A stretch of DNA of 64,000 nt from the human T2T-CHM13v2.0 reference genome, Homo sapiens, in the NCBI RefSeq assembly GCF_009914755.1, contig NC_060944.1. One strand, written 5' to 3'. Position numbers and translations under genes: made by a program. This document shows positions 45,010 to 57,884 of this stretch, piece by piece. Position 1 is the first letter of the stretch. Each line of letters opens with the position of its first letter. Below the pieces are notes generated by a model. The model saw nothing but the letters and a program-made list of their open reading frames with translations, had not been told where the DNA came from and made no database searches.

Positions 45010-45233
45010 CTTTTTTTGTGTGTGTGGTTTTATAACTTTATTTGACAAGCAGCAATTAGCTCTCATCCACATTGACTGTTTATAGATTTTTGATAGTAAC
45101 AGGTACATAGGGAACCCAAATATAGAGCTTATTTGATGAAGATTTATCCTCATTACATTTTCTGGACAATTGCACGTGGATGGGACATGCCTTATTCCTT
45201 TGGTCCAAACAGCTTTGTTGAGCCAGGTATCAG
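45010..45233 (-). pseudogene. RPL31P: RPL31 processed pseudogene, 3' half only
   Basis: Reverse strand reads [17 protein letters not shown]...[16 protein letters not shown]...YVPVT...KNL*TVNVDES*, matching RPL31 ...RLNKAVWAKGIRNVP...LSRKRNEDEDSPNKLY...TVNVDEN; then AATAAA and a decayed A-rich tail; intronless with indels and a stop. Confidence 0.92.
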
Positions 45234-46681
45234 GGTGGTGGCTGCTGTAAGTTGGGGTTGCTGTGGCACTTACTTAAAATAAAACAACGGTGAAGTTTGC
45301 CACATCAGTTGACACTTGTTCTCACAAAAAATTTCTCTTTAGCATGCAATGCTCTTTGATAGTATTTTACCCACAATGTAACTTCTTTTGAAATTGGAGT
45401 GAATTCCCTCGGCCCTGCCTTTATCAACTAAGTTTATTTAATATTCTAATTTTTTGTCTTCATTTTAACAATGTTCACAGCCTTTTCACCAGGAGTAAAT
45501 TTCATCTCAATAAACTACTTTCTTTCTCTGCTCATCCAGAAAAAGACAATTGCTCATCCACTCAAGTTTTATCATGAAACAGCAGCAATTCAGTCACATC
45601 TTTAATCTCCACTTCTAATTCTAGGTTTTCGTTGTTGCTGTTTGCTATTTTCACCATATCTGCAGTGACTTCCTCCAGTGAAATCCTGAACACATCAAAG
45701 TCATCCATAAGAGTTGGAATCATCTTCCAAATTCCTGTTAATGCTGATATTATGGCCATGTTCATTAATGATCTTAACTAGATCTTCTGGATGACTTGTT
45801 GCAGCTTCTCCATCAGCACTTGCTGCTCCACCTTGGCCTTTTATGTTATGGAGATGGCTTCTTTCCTTAAACCTCAGGAACCAACCTCTCCTAACTTCTA
45901 ACTTTTTTTCTGCAGCTTACTCACATCTCTTAGCTTTCCTAGAATTGAAGAGAGTCACAGCCTCACTCTGAATTAGGCTCTGGCCTGAGGGAACGTTTTG
46001 GCTAGTTGGATCTTCTATCCAGCCCACTCAAACTTTCTCCATATTGCCAGAGGCTGTTTTGCTTTCTTATTCATGTGTTCACTGGAGAAGCACTTTAATT
46101 TCCCTGAAGAACTTTTCCTTTGAAAACTTGGCTAATTGTTTGGCACAAGAGGCTTAACTCTTGGCCTGTCTTGGCTTTCAACATGCCTTCTTCATTAAGT
46201 TTAATCATTTCTAGATTTTGATTTCAAGTAAGAGATGTGCAACTCTTCTTTTCACTTGAACGCTTAGGGGGTATTGTATGGTTGTTAATCGGCCTAATTT
46301 TAATAATGTTTCGTGTCAGGGAATAGGGAGGCTCAAGGAGAGGTAGAGAGATGGGGAACAGCTAGTTTTTGGAGCAGTCCAACCACACCCAACATTTATC
46401 AATTAAGTTTGCCATTTTATGTGGGTGCAGTTTGTGGTACCTCCAAAAGAATTACAATAGTAACCTCAAAGATCACTGATCAGAGATCACCATAATATGT
46501 ATAGTAATGAAAAAATTGTAAGCATTGTGAGAATAACCAGAATGTTACCCAGAGACACAAAGTGAGCACATGTTGTTGGAAAAATGTTGCTGATAGACTT
46601 AGTTGACACAGGGTTGCCATAAACCATCAATATGTAAAGAATGCCATATCTGCAAGGCACAATAAAATGATGTACGCCCAT
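45230..46681 (-). mobile_element. Tigger1 DNA transposon, internally deleted and missing its 3' end
   Basis: 5' region (ggcaaccctgtgtcaactaagtctatc...), decayed CENP-B-like N-terminus, and C-terminal peptide [18 protein letters not shown]...EEVTADMV...LELEVE.KDVTELL; internal junction near 45760. Confidence 0.92.
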
Positions 46682-47262
46682 GTTATTTAAAAGAACATAT
46701 CAAACCCAGAGTTTCTCTCTGTCTCTCCCATACCAGGAGACTGTGGAGCTCACCTAACTCCCTTTGTCTTCAAAGCTAGCACAGTGGAGAACGGTTAGGT
46801 GATGCGCAAGGTCAATAAAACATCCACGTTGTGCCCAGTATACCTGGAGTCCTTGCCCTTGTGCAGTACAAGGAGGAGCTTGGTAGGTGTCCCAGATCTC
46901 TGTGCTGATGGATTTTTACCTACAACCCCAAATAGAGAAATGCTTAAACCTTACTTGGAAACAAGAGAGCGATTTTCCTTTTTTCAGAAAAAAGGGAGAG
47001 TGACATACACATTGGTAATCTACTAATTGTAGACATATGCACAGTTAGGGAAAATCTCCAGTTAGAAAACAGGCCTATATCCCCTGAGGGGGTTCCATCC
47101 ACCCTTCTCTTTTCCAGAGAGTAGCTAGGGATTCATCTAATGAAACAGAAGGGAAAGAAGCTAAAACAAGGTTATGAAATAGCTTCCAGAGGAATCATTA
47201 AGTGGATTCCAAGTTTTAATATGCCCCAATACACATTAGATTGAACTAAAATGTATTAATTA

Positions 47263-47790
47263 CTGTCAAAGATTGATCCCATTAATGGCCCAATTATTTT
47301 CCCTCTCTATATCCATGCCCCTTGCCCTCTGACTTTGCAAGTCATCCTACTGAAGAGAAACAGTCAATTTCCCCAGTCTTTAAATAGGCTAGACTATGTG
47401 ACCTGCTTCGGTCAACAGGATGCAGTGGAAGTGATGGTGTACTACTTCTAAGCCTTGACTTCAGAGAATTTATGTGTTTTCATCTGCTCTATTGTGCCTC
47501 TGCTATCACCATGACAACATTCTTGGGGTAACCTGCTGGAGGATGAGAAATAAATGGAAGAGATGAATCACCCAGTCATCCAAGTGAAGGCCAGCCTAGT
47601 GCAGCTGACAGCCAGCCTAACCCCAGATACATGAATGAGTCCAGCCAAGATCAGCAGAACTGCCTAGCTGGACCCTAGCTGGACCCTAACTGACCCCAGT
47701 TGTGTGAGCTATCAATTGACAGTTTTATGTCACTGTGGTTGCATGGTTGTCTGCTTCACTGTTGTGTATGGTGACCATGGATGACTGACA
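47263..47790 (+). mobile_element. MLT1H-like solo LTR
   Basis: aatggcccaattatttt...gtggaagtgatggtgt...gagtccagccaagatcagcagaactgcctagctg. Confidence 0.75.
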
Positions 47791-47829
47791 TAACTACCTA
47801 TCTTCCCAGTGGTCAATTTATCACTATCT

Positions 47830-48165
47830 AAACCTCCCAATCATCTGTGAGAAATGTGTCATTATTTGCACTTTGCAGATGAGGAAACTGAACCATATAA
47901 TGAGATTAAGTGATTTGCCCAAAATCACAAATACAGTAAGACAGGGAGTTTTTATATCCAAGTCCAGGATTTTCTCTAATGCATTACAGATGAGTTGGAA
48001 GAAAGCAAAGGGTTTTTAAAATAAATATGATTGCAGACTGACTTCCTGGGTTAAATTCCTGGCCTTCCCATTTACTAGATTTGGAACATTTTGCAATTTT
48101 CTTAGCCTTTCTGAGTCCCAGTATTCATTTCTGTAAAATGAGGATTATGTCATCTGCCTTGAAGG
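47830..48165. mobile_element. Two MIR fragments in opposite orientation
   Basis: ttgcagatgaggaaactga (minus); cctgggttaaattcctgg...tctgtaaaatgagg (plus). Confidence 0.7.
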
Positions 48166-48364
48166 ACATTCATCCTATAAATATTATTGAGTGATGACTA
48201 TGTGCCCAGTACTCTTCCAAGTGCTGGTGAACCATTACTAATTAAAAGTAAAAAGATCTCGATGGGGAAATCTATCTTGCATGTTTGACTTGCATGTTTG
48301 AAGTACAGCTTAAACTTCAGAAAAAAAGGGAGCATTTGGGGTATAGACAAAACATTTTGGTCAG

Positions 48365-48824
48365 TGTCTTGGTCATTTTGCATTGCTATTAAGAAATACC
48401 TGAGGGTGGGTAATTTATAAAGATAAATTTTTATCTTTATACAAAGGTTTGTTTGGCTCACAATTCTGATAGCTGGAAGATTCGAAACTGGGCATGTATA
48501 TCTGATGAGGGCCTAAGGCTGCTTCCACTCCTGGCAGAAGGTGAAGGAGAGCAGATATGTGCAGAGGTCACAAGGTGAGAGAGGAAGCAATAGAGAGCAG
48601 GAGGGAGGAGGGGACAGGCTCTTTTTAACAACCAGCTCTCTTTTGGGAACTAATAGAGTGAGAACTCATTAACTGCTTAGAAAGGGTGTTAATCTATTCA
48701 TGAGGATTCCACCATCATGATCCAAACACCTCCCATTACAGCCCACTTGCCAACACTGTGACACTGGGGATCGAATTTCAACATGAGATTTGGTGGGGAA
48801 AAACAAACCATGTCCAAACTTAGC
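48365..48824 (-). mobile_element. MSTB-like solo LTR
   Basis: ttgctattaagaaatacctgagggtgggtaatttata...atttcaacatgagatttgg...caaaccatgtccaaac. Confidence 0.85.
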
Positions 48825-49387
48825 AGCCAGAAACTTGAAAGAAGGATTTCCCTTCCTAAGATTTATTGCTACACTCCTCCCTTTGGGATTAGGATTGGAG
48901 AGTAGTGCTTGAAAAACATCTGGGATCTCAGAGCAAAGGGAAACAACATCTTTCTACCTCAGTGCCTCCATTCTAGGGGACTGGTTTGTGAGAAGACACA
49001 GAAAAATTCCCATGCCCTGAGAATAGCATAACAAAATCACTAGAACTAAAGAGCACGACTTCTTCTCTAGTGGACATCTCATGAGGACCCATGTCAACAA
49101 TAATCCATCAAAAGATTCCTGCCCCGATCCCCGACATTTCAGAAATTCATTCCAGAATTCTGACATAAATTCTGGGAAGGAAACACTTTAGAGACCCCAG
49201 TTAAATTTTCTTGCTGTACTGAAGGGATGATGCTTCAAAATGCAAATTATTTTGAGTTATAGGAAATGAAATTATATTTTTGTAACACAATTTTGTAGCC
49301 TTAGATTCACACATTTTAATTAAAATTAAACAAATGTCGTGTTGTTGTTTCTTTTAAAATAAGGTAAAATGTAATGTCCAACACTTT

Positions 49388-49782
49388 CTGTAGAAGAGAC
49401 AGCTAGTTCTCCACCAAAATGTGTGCTTTGTGTTCCTTGATACAGTGTTTAGCTAGAAAGCAGCTGCCCAGCAAGAGATGACATTTCCCAGAACCCTTTG
49501 CATCTAGGCAAGACCTTGTGATTAGTTTCTATGAGCAGACTGTGAGTAGACATGATACATGTCTTTTCCAGTTTGAGGTCTCTTCTGTATTATCTCTTTC
49601 CTCATCGTCGTCTAAATTACATAGGCCCCTGAGGCTCTGAGGAGGCAGAAACACAAAATGGAAGGAAATTGAGCTTCTGAATGTTTCCTGGAATGCCCAC
49701 CTTTTGATCAGGAATGCCAACATCACATTGCGACATAAGCAAGAGATAAATGTCTCATGTTAAATCACTGATATTTGGAGGC
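49388..49782 (+). mobile_element. MLT1I/J-like LTR, 5' part; its final ~40 bp lie at 52592-52634
   Basis: acatttcccagaaccctttgcatctagg...gttaaatcactgatatttggaggc | insert | ctgtaacagcag...ctgattaataca. Confidence 0.75.
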
Positions 49783-51455
49783 ATTTTTTTATATTAAACA
49801 ATCTTTATTTGAAAAATAGTACCTTGCATTCCTAACACGATCTATCAAACTTCAGTGAAAGCAATTTCAGCAACAACTAATGAACAGTAGCTAAACTGAC
49901 AAGAGATCAATCAAAAGTATTTTAAAGTGAGCAGCACCAGCTGATGTTCTGGTGAGTCTCTGGGTGTTTAGGACCTGGCTACAGGGAAAACAGAATCAAA
50001 TCAGCAGGTGCTGTGGACCCAAGCTCACACATCATGACCAGCCTCCCTCCTTGGGTCCCTAGTAGGCCACAGTCCCCCTGGTATTTCCAGGCCCCTGTGG
50101 GCTATAGGTGGAGCCCTAGGAGCCAAAGGGCCCCTTGGGAAAGGCTGGAACTTGGCCTCTCAGTCAGCCAGCTTCTGCCTGTTGCATTTACTTTCTTTCC
50201 AGAGTACCTGGAGTGGTCTCTCAGTAGATAAGGTGGCCGCCCAGCCTTCCTGGGCCGTTTTCTCATAGAAGAGGATTTCTCTCTGAGAACTGGAAGTGTC
50301 TTACTTCTATTCCTCGGCCAGGTCTTGGGCCATCTTCTTGTAGTGATCACAGGTATGTAAGACACAGTTCAAGTTTTAGTACACTTTACTGAGGTCCAAG
50401 CAGTAGACTTCCTGCTGAGACCCCATCGTGTGTTCTTGGTGCAGTCCAGGCAAAGTGGGAGTCGCCAGCTGTAGCTTCCGGAGGTCCCTTTTCAGCTGTC
50501 CACTTGCACCCTACAGAGAGGCCTGCTGGCTGAGCCAACTTTGGATTTATGCTATGAGTACTTTATCCCTTTGGTTTTCTTCCCACAGTTGCATGTCTGC
50601 TTCTCCAATCTCCCCCTCAGGACATTTAAAGAACGCACCTAAGTCACTGTCATCATCCACACTCTTCAGAGGGACTTGTGCCCAAGACGCTGGGTGACCA
50701 CGATGTCTTGCTTCCCTATTTCCCTTCACTACCAAGTCCTGATGGTCCACATGGTCTCTACTGCCCCTGAGCAGATGCGGGATTCTCAGTGGGGTGTGGG
50801 CCAAGGAGGTCAGTCACCTCCCTCCAACACTCACTGGCACTAGTCCCAGGATTCTGCACATCACTAGTTCTGCCATCCACAGGTGGGCCATCAGCAGCTG
50901 AGTATGCATCTCCTAGCGGGCAACAGGCTCTCCATGGCTCTTGAGGGCTCTGCAGCTCTGCCTCCACTTGCCAGTGGCCTGTGGGCCACAACTGACCACT
51001 TGGAACCCTGAGGACTGTCTCCTCTCCAACAGAAACAAGGGCCCACCAATCAGGATAGACCATCTGTCGGGCTGGACTGTGGGGAGGGGAAGCACCCTGT
51101 GTTTGAAAAAACTGTGTCCCTGATTTTGTGTTAATATAAAGTGACATTACTTATGCAGTGCCTTGGGGGAGTGGAAAAAGCTCACTGCAGCCCCTACCTC
51201 AGGCCACTCCAGGCCCCACCGGGTCCTACAGCGCAGCTAGAGGGTCAAAGCAGAAGCATGCCACAGCCCGGGGTCCACACATGATCCTCTCAGGGCAGCA
51301 TGCTGACCCGTCCCTGCTGAGGCTCATGACCCTGATTTCAAGTCTTCTTCTGCTGCAGGGAAGCCTGGTCCTGCCTGTAAAGAGTCTATCTACCTTGCTA
51401 GATTGAGCTTCTTGAAGAAGGGACTATGTTTTCTTCATCTCCGCATCCCCGGTAG

Positions 51456-51797
<342 letters not shown>

Positions 51798-52289
51798 ACC
51801 TCTAGCTTTAAAACCCCTCCGATATAGACAGAACTCAAACTGGAGCCGGACCTGAGGAATGGTGAATGGAGCATTTTCCCTGGTGTGACGGAGAGGACCT
51901 ACAGATCTGGCTATCTTGTCCCTTGCATCCCTCTGCAGAATTTGACCCCAGTTTTCAAATCAGACTCAAGAATGATCTTTAGTGTTTATGATTTTGTGTT
52001 TTTCTTTTCTTTTTTTTTTTGCTTTGTTATTGACACAGCTTCTGGAAATCTTTTTCACAGAGAGTATGGGGACTTTTTGGCCAAATTGGGCAGATGCAGG
52101 CTCCATCTGCTCCACCACCACTGTCTGGGCCACAGCATGTCCCCTGCGTCCTGCTCCTCTACAGGGGTTTCTGCAGTGGAATCTGCTCCCTCACAAGCCC
52201 ATCTACAAGGTGCTCCTGTGCTCCAACCCTGCTGTTTCCAAGAAGGCAGGTCCTGGGACTGCCAGGATCCCTCTCCCTCAGACAGCGCA

Positions 52290-52590
52290 ATCTGTGTAGG
52301 CAGCAGGCCGGAAGTGGTGACAGCCACCATGACAGTCAGGGCCGAGGGCAGGACGATCACATTAGAAAACAGCATCCGGCCTCCAGGGGCGAGCGGAGTG
52401 ACTCGGCCTCCATCTCCCCCTTGAGGCAGCCATCTTGGCGCCGCTTTCCTCAGGAGCACTGCGAGCTCGTCCTTAGGACCCGCTTCTCGGCTTTTCTTCT
52501 CCCAACTCTTTTTACCAGGCAGTGGCGTGGCCTCTCTGGCCCAGCAGGGAATGGGCGCAGGGAAGGGAGTGGTAGTAACGAGCGAGGCAT
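52290..52590. promoter_or_regulatory. CpG-rich retrocopied 5' end with ETS/GABPA and YY1 motifs (possible promoter)
   Basis: CCGGAAGTG at 52308-52316; GCCATCTTG (reverse CAAGATGGC) at about 52429-52437; about 17 CpGs in 300 bp by eye. Confidence 0.4.
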
Positions 52591-53544
52591 AGAGGCTTTT
52601 CTGTAACAGCAGTTATGTTACCCTGATTAATACAAAATTGCCTCCACGAATCACAAAATTACCCAAGCAAAAAATAAGGTCTAGGTTTTAAGAAACTAAC
52701 TCCTGAAAGAATTGACTCGTCCTGGGACAATGTACAGAGTTGATGTCTGGTTAATTAGAGGTCACTGGGATAGAATTCTTCCTGATATAGCGCGGCATAA
52801 AGGTGTGTATTAAGGACTCTAGGTAAAGAATCACGTGGAGAGAATCTTCAGGTTTAACACAAAGATCCCAGTTTTTCAACAAAAGGGAGGTAAACTACTC
52901 AGATGGGGTCTAAGTTGTAGCCCAATGTCACAGCCTGCTCCTGCCACAATTTCTTATTGATGCCAGGAGACTGCCTTTGTTTACTGCAGTCATCATGGCT
53001 GTTGGGAAGTGTTAATAACTTGCTTTTTATTTTAAGCGGGTGTGAATTGCATGGGTTCTGTTTCCTAATAAGAGTAGTGTCACCTGATATTTTCACATAA
53101 AGAGAGCTGCCTCGTGGCATGTCTTCTGAAGCTAGCATGTGCTTATCCTTCACAAGCCCACAAAAACTGCAGACTGTAATTCAGAAATTTGATTTGATCA
53201 TTCCACTAAACCTCTAAGCCCAATGTTTTCTTCAGCTCAGTGTTTTCCTTGCCATAAACTTACCCTCAGAGGGAACCACTGACATTTTAAGAGCTGAATC
53301 CTTACAGACACTGAGGCCAAAAGGACTTCAGTGCCAACTCTGCATTTTGAGGCCATTAAAAAAAATATCATCAAAGACTGGGGTTGCCAATCAGAGGTTC
53401 TCCATAGTGAGTGTCCAACAATAAGATCATAGTGACTGCTTATTCCAAACCAAAGTTACCACATTCGATACTCAAGGTTTTCAACAGAATTGATTCCAAT
53501 TAGAGCTTCACATTTTCCATTAAGCTGTATGAAATATTATAAAT

Positions 53545-53970
53545 CTATTGAGAACACCAGTAGAAGAATGGCTAACTAAATCGCAGTATACTGGCACAAG
53601 GGAATACTATACTGCAATGAGAATGAACAATCTTCAATTATACCTGACCACATGTATGAATTTCACAAACACAATATGGGGCACAAGAAGGCAGACAAGA
53701 GAGTATACAATGTGTGAGTCTCATTATATAAAGCTCAAAAGCAGACCAAATTAATCTATTGTGTTAGAAGCCAGAATGATGATTAGGTGGAGTACTTACT
53801 AGAGGAAGGTATAAGGGAACTTGTGGAGAACTCGTCATGTTCTGATTTCAGACTTGGTCTCTAGTTCCCCAAGTGTGTTCAGCCTGTAAAAAATTTATTA
53901 AGCTGTACACTACCTCCTACTGCACTTTTCTAAATATGTTATACTTAAATAAAATGTTTACTTAAAAGCC
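53545..53970 (+). mobile_element. L1ME/MC 3' fragment
   Basis: ggaatactatactgcaatgagaatgaac...aaattaatctattgtgttagaag...aagctgtacac. Confidence 0.75.
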
Positions 53971-54098
53971 AATAAAAAATCTTAAGGACCCCTGGAGAGA
54001 TACCTCAAAGTTTAATGATCCCAGGTAATGAATCACTACCTCATATACTTTTGAAAAAATTTATTTTTGCATTTTGTCATACATTGCCAATTAGAGTC

Positions 54099-54527
54099 TG
54101 TATTAGTCAGCTCTAACACTGCTATAAAAAAATACCTGAGTCTGGGTAATTTAAAAGAAAAGAGGCTTAACTGGCTCATGGTCCCACAGGCTGTACAGGA
54201 AGCATGGCAGTATCTGCTCAGTTTCTGGGGAGGCCTCGGAGAACTTACAATCATGGTGGAAGACGAAGGGGGAGCCAGTATTTCACATGGCTGGAGCAGG
54301 AGGAAGGGGTGTGGGGGAAGGTGCTACACACCTCTAAACAACCAGATCTCTTGAGCAGTCACTCACTGTCATGAGAGCAGCACCAGGAGGATGGTGCTAA
54401 ACCATTCATGAAGGTTCATGAAGATTACCTCCATGATCCCATTACCTCCCACAAAGCCCCATCACCAGTATTGGGGATTACGGTTCGACATGAGATTTGG
54501 TCAAAGACACAGATCCAAACCATATCA
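54099..54527 (-). mobile_element. MSTA-like solo LTR
   Basis: tgtattagtcagctctaacactgctataaa...caggctgtacaggaagcatggc...gacacagatccaaaccatatca. Confidence 0.9.
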
Positions 54528-54689
54528 GGGTAAATCAGGTTAAAAGAGTTTTACAAATGTGAGATTTGGAAAGATGTATTTATGGTTGGATTCTGTTTCC
54601 CCCTTTTCCCCCACGTCTTTCAATTTTTGATTATAAGGAAACATACATGTTTTAAAGTGGTGGCTAAGATTCAGGTGTGGCCTGTGCTC

Positions 54690-55147
54690 TTGGCAAAAGC
54701 CAAATTTCAACAAACTTAAAGATCTAATTGGCTTTTTCATGCCTTGGGGGCCATCTCATCTAAAGAGTTAGAAAAGGCTCTCTGATGACCTGAGCAGAAG
54801 AAGTTGGCTTTATAGGCAAAAAGGGGCTGAAGAAAGCAGAAACAGGGAACAAAAAGCAGATTAGTTAGCATCAGGTTACTTCACATTACTCTTTTTGAAA
54901 GAGTTAAAGTCGAGGGGACTTCCTTATCATGCTGGCTAAAACTGGCCTTTTGGGGAGTTTGGCTACTAGCCATCCCTCTCCTGATTTCTTGGAAAGTCAG
55001 ATAATAACACTTAGTTTTATTATCTAAGTAATAGAGTAATGGTAATGGAGAACTTGAACATGACTGACTCCATTTCGGTTTGGTCTGTTGGAGCCTAATG
55101 TAGGAGCTCAGTCCAAATCAATGGCCTCTTATAGATTTTATGTAACA
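54690..55147 (-). mobile_element. ERV1 (MER4-group) solo LTR, subfamily uncertain
   Basis: Reverse strand starts tgttacataaaatctataagaggccattgatttggactgagctcct...caacagaccaaaccgaaatggagtca. Confidence 0.65.
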
Positions 55148-55293
55148 CTCCATAGATAATCTATGGACATAAAACCAGACCTTGCTTGACAGTGTTAAGC
55201 AGTCATGGCTATTATGTGCTTAAGAGTCAGTATAGCCCTTAAAAAGTTACCTCCATCACCTCAATGGGAATGAAGCGCAACAAAGATTTGTCC

Positions 55294-55346
55294 CTCATTG
55301 CTTCCATTATGCTTCTCTCAACTCATTGCTTCCATTATGCTTCTCT
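55294..55346. repeat. 25 bp perfect direct repeat with a 3 bp spacer
   Basis: ctcattgcttccattatgcttctct caa ctcattgcttccattatgcttctct. Confidence 0.95.
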
Positions 55347-55509
55347 TTTTGATTCTGTCCTAATGACACAAATAAGTCCTAACCAATATGTATCCATCTA
55401 ACATTGCTAAGCTGTGTTGTTTCACCACCACCACCAGCATCTCCACCATCACCCTCAAATGGTTAGAGTAATATTCACTTGCTATTGTGACTGTATTTCT
55501 TGTTATTAT

Positions 55510-56032
55510 TGCTGGTATTATTGCTACATAACAGATTACACCAAAACTTAGCAGCTTTTATTATTTTATCTTGTTCTTGGTCTTGTGGGTTAGGAATTCA
55601 GAAACAGCCCAGCTGAGCAGTTGTCTCTTGGAATCTCTCATGCAGTTGCAATCAGATGTTGGCTGGACTGCAGTCATCTGAAGGACTGGACACGCAAGAT
55701 GGCTCACTCAAGTGCCTAGCAGGAGGTGCAGGCTGTCAGTGGACTTAGCTAGGGCTGATGACTGGGGCATCTACATGTAATTCCCCAGCATGTTGATGTC
55801 AGGGCAGTCAGTTTTCTTATATGGTTAACCTCTAACTTCCCCATAGCGAGTGTTCCCTGAGAACCCAGGGGAACTGACTTTGCCTTAGAAATCATACAGC
55901 ATTGCTTCTGTTGCATTCGGTTAATTATAAATGAGTCACAAACCCAAGCAAATTCAAGGGGAGGCGATTATACCCCACCTCTAAATGGGAATAATATCAA
56001 AGGATTTTCAGCCATTTTTTTAAAACCACCAC
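55510..56032 (-). mobile_element. MLT1 (F-like) LTR
   Basis: attgctacataacagattacaccaaaacttagcagc...ctgcagtcatctgaagg...aaattcaaggggag. Confidence 0.75.
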
Positions 56033-56714
56033 CCTGTGTGACCAGGGCAATAACCAAATTAAATTTAGTTGATTGTTTTTCTCATGCTGATGTCCTTTGG
56101 TTCTTCACCCAGAATGTTGTGTGCAGTCATAGAAATGCAAATCAATTAATCCAGTTGCTGCATTAGGTATATTATCAAAGAAGCCACAAGATGTTTCCAT
56201 TTAACGAACACAGATTTTTATAGGGCTTGCTCCTCCAATTCTGTGGGAAAGAACTTTTTATTCACCTGTTCCATTTGAAGAAATGGAAACCTAGAAGGGC
56301 TCACAGTTTCCTATCTCTTAAGTTGCAGGGCCAAAATTTAAACATATTTTCTGACTCTAAGTCCAAGATTTACAAATACATCTCTGATAGTTTCAAGTTT
56401 AAATGAGCTTCATTCATTTCAGTAACATATTTTGCACCAAGCACCTGGATGTTTTCAAGATGAGTATATCTTACATCCTAGCATTATATCCTGGGATATT
56501 CTGATCTATTTGTTTAAGCTAGGAATTGTGCTAGCGCCAATGGATTGAAGTATCTGCTGCTCTTCTGATCAAAGAAATGGAATAAACAATTTTAGGAACT
56601 TTAACAGAACCATGCACCCAAGAGGAAGGACATTTTATTCTGGGTGCAGAATATCTTTATCAATTGCCTGGCTGAAAGAACTGGGGATTAATAAGGATTA
56701 GAATGGCAAGCAAA

Positions 56715-56965
56715 ATGAAGATAGATGGAGTTGCTAAGGGATCAAGGGACTAGACTAGAATTCAATATGATCCTGGGTAAATTAAAAAGACAGCTTGTTA
56801 GAAATGAGGAAAAAAAATCAGTAGGAACAAATGCAAGGTGGCTCATCCCAACAAAAATCCACATTGCTTCAAAGGTGGGTAAGACTGGCTAGATATAACC
56901 ATAATAGACACTCGCCCCAGAGCCAGTGAGTACCATGTGATGGATGAGAGTCAGCAATATTAATT
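56715..56965 (+). mobile_element. CR1/L3 RT fragment
   Basis: agaattcaatatgatcctgggtaaatta...aggaacaaatgcaaggtg...aagactggctag...atgagagtcagcaa resembles the L3 region IQNDLDRL...NKCKVLH. Confidence 0.55.
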
Positions 56966-57019
56966 TCAGGTGTGGGAGTTCATGGGCAAGACAAGAAGAC
57001 TTTAGCTCAATAAATGGGG

Positions 57020-57290
57020 AATTTCTCTAACCCCACCCTCAAAGTAAATCAACTCTTCTTGCAATACATAATCAAAACTCCTTTATCTTTTATTTCATGG
57101 ACTTTATTACTGTTGTAATTTTTAACATTTTGATGTAATTATGTGATTAATATCGTCTTTTCACTAGATGGTCAGTTCTATGAAAGCAGGGTCTGGATCT
57201 GTTTGCATCACGCATGCAATGCCTGCCATGCAGTGCCTTCCATGCGCCTAATGTGCAGCTGGTGTTTTCTCAATGGTTACTGAATGAGTA
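57020..57290 (+). mobile_element. L2 3' fragment
   Basis: cactagatggtcagttctatgaaagcagggtc...tgaatga. Confidence 0.6.
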
Positions 57291-57319
57291 AATTAATATT
57301 AGGCTAAAAATAATGTATA

Positions 57320-57643
57320 CTAGTGCTTGGCAAACGATGGCCCACTAACCAAATTTGACCCATAACCTGTTTTTGTATGGCCTGTAAACTAAGAATGGTT
57401 TTATATTTTTAATGGTTGAAGAAATCAGAAGAATATTTTGTGATGTGAAAATTATATGAAATTCAAGTTTCAGGGTCTATAAAGAAATGTTTATTGGAAC
57501 ACATCCCACATTTGTACCTATTGCCTATGGCTGCTCTCGTGCTAAAACAGCAGCACTGTGTAGTTGCAACAGAGACCACGTGGCTCACAAAATCTAAAAT
57601 ATTTACTCTCTAGCCCTTTACAGAAAAAGTTTGCTGGCCCCTG
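57320..57643 (-). mobile_element. MER58B-like hAT MITE
   Basis: ggcaaacgatggccc...ctaagaatggtttta...gtagttgcaacagagacc...ccctttacagaaaaagtttgc...cccctg. Confidence 0.82.
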
Positions 57644-57884
57644 GTATAGACAATCTGGTTCTCATCATCCTTGGGGTTTTGTCAACTCATGGGCATGTAT
57701 TCCTAAGCTTTTGGCTGATATCTAATGGATAAAGTGACTTTTGTGCCCTCTCTCCCCCCATTGAAACAAAATAACCACTCTCTTGTTTTCTAAAAGACTG
57801 AAGGTTATAAAATAAGAAACTGCTCAGGTCTCCAGAATGGCGGCAACAATTATCGAATGAATAAATTAATATTGAGATGAGAAT

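Noticed and set aside
48276-48301. cttgcatgtttga x2, resembling a p53 response element
   Set aside because: Each half-site has two mismatches to RRRCWWGYYY and there is a spacer; a 13 bp slippage duplication is the simpler explanation.
51885-52606. Overlapping 105-179 aa ORFs at the retrocopy 5' end
   Set aside because: Several frames are open on both strands, as expected in GC-rich sequence. None matches a family I recognise, so no CDS or gene symbol is assigned.
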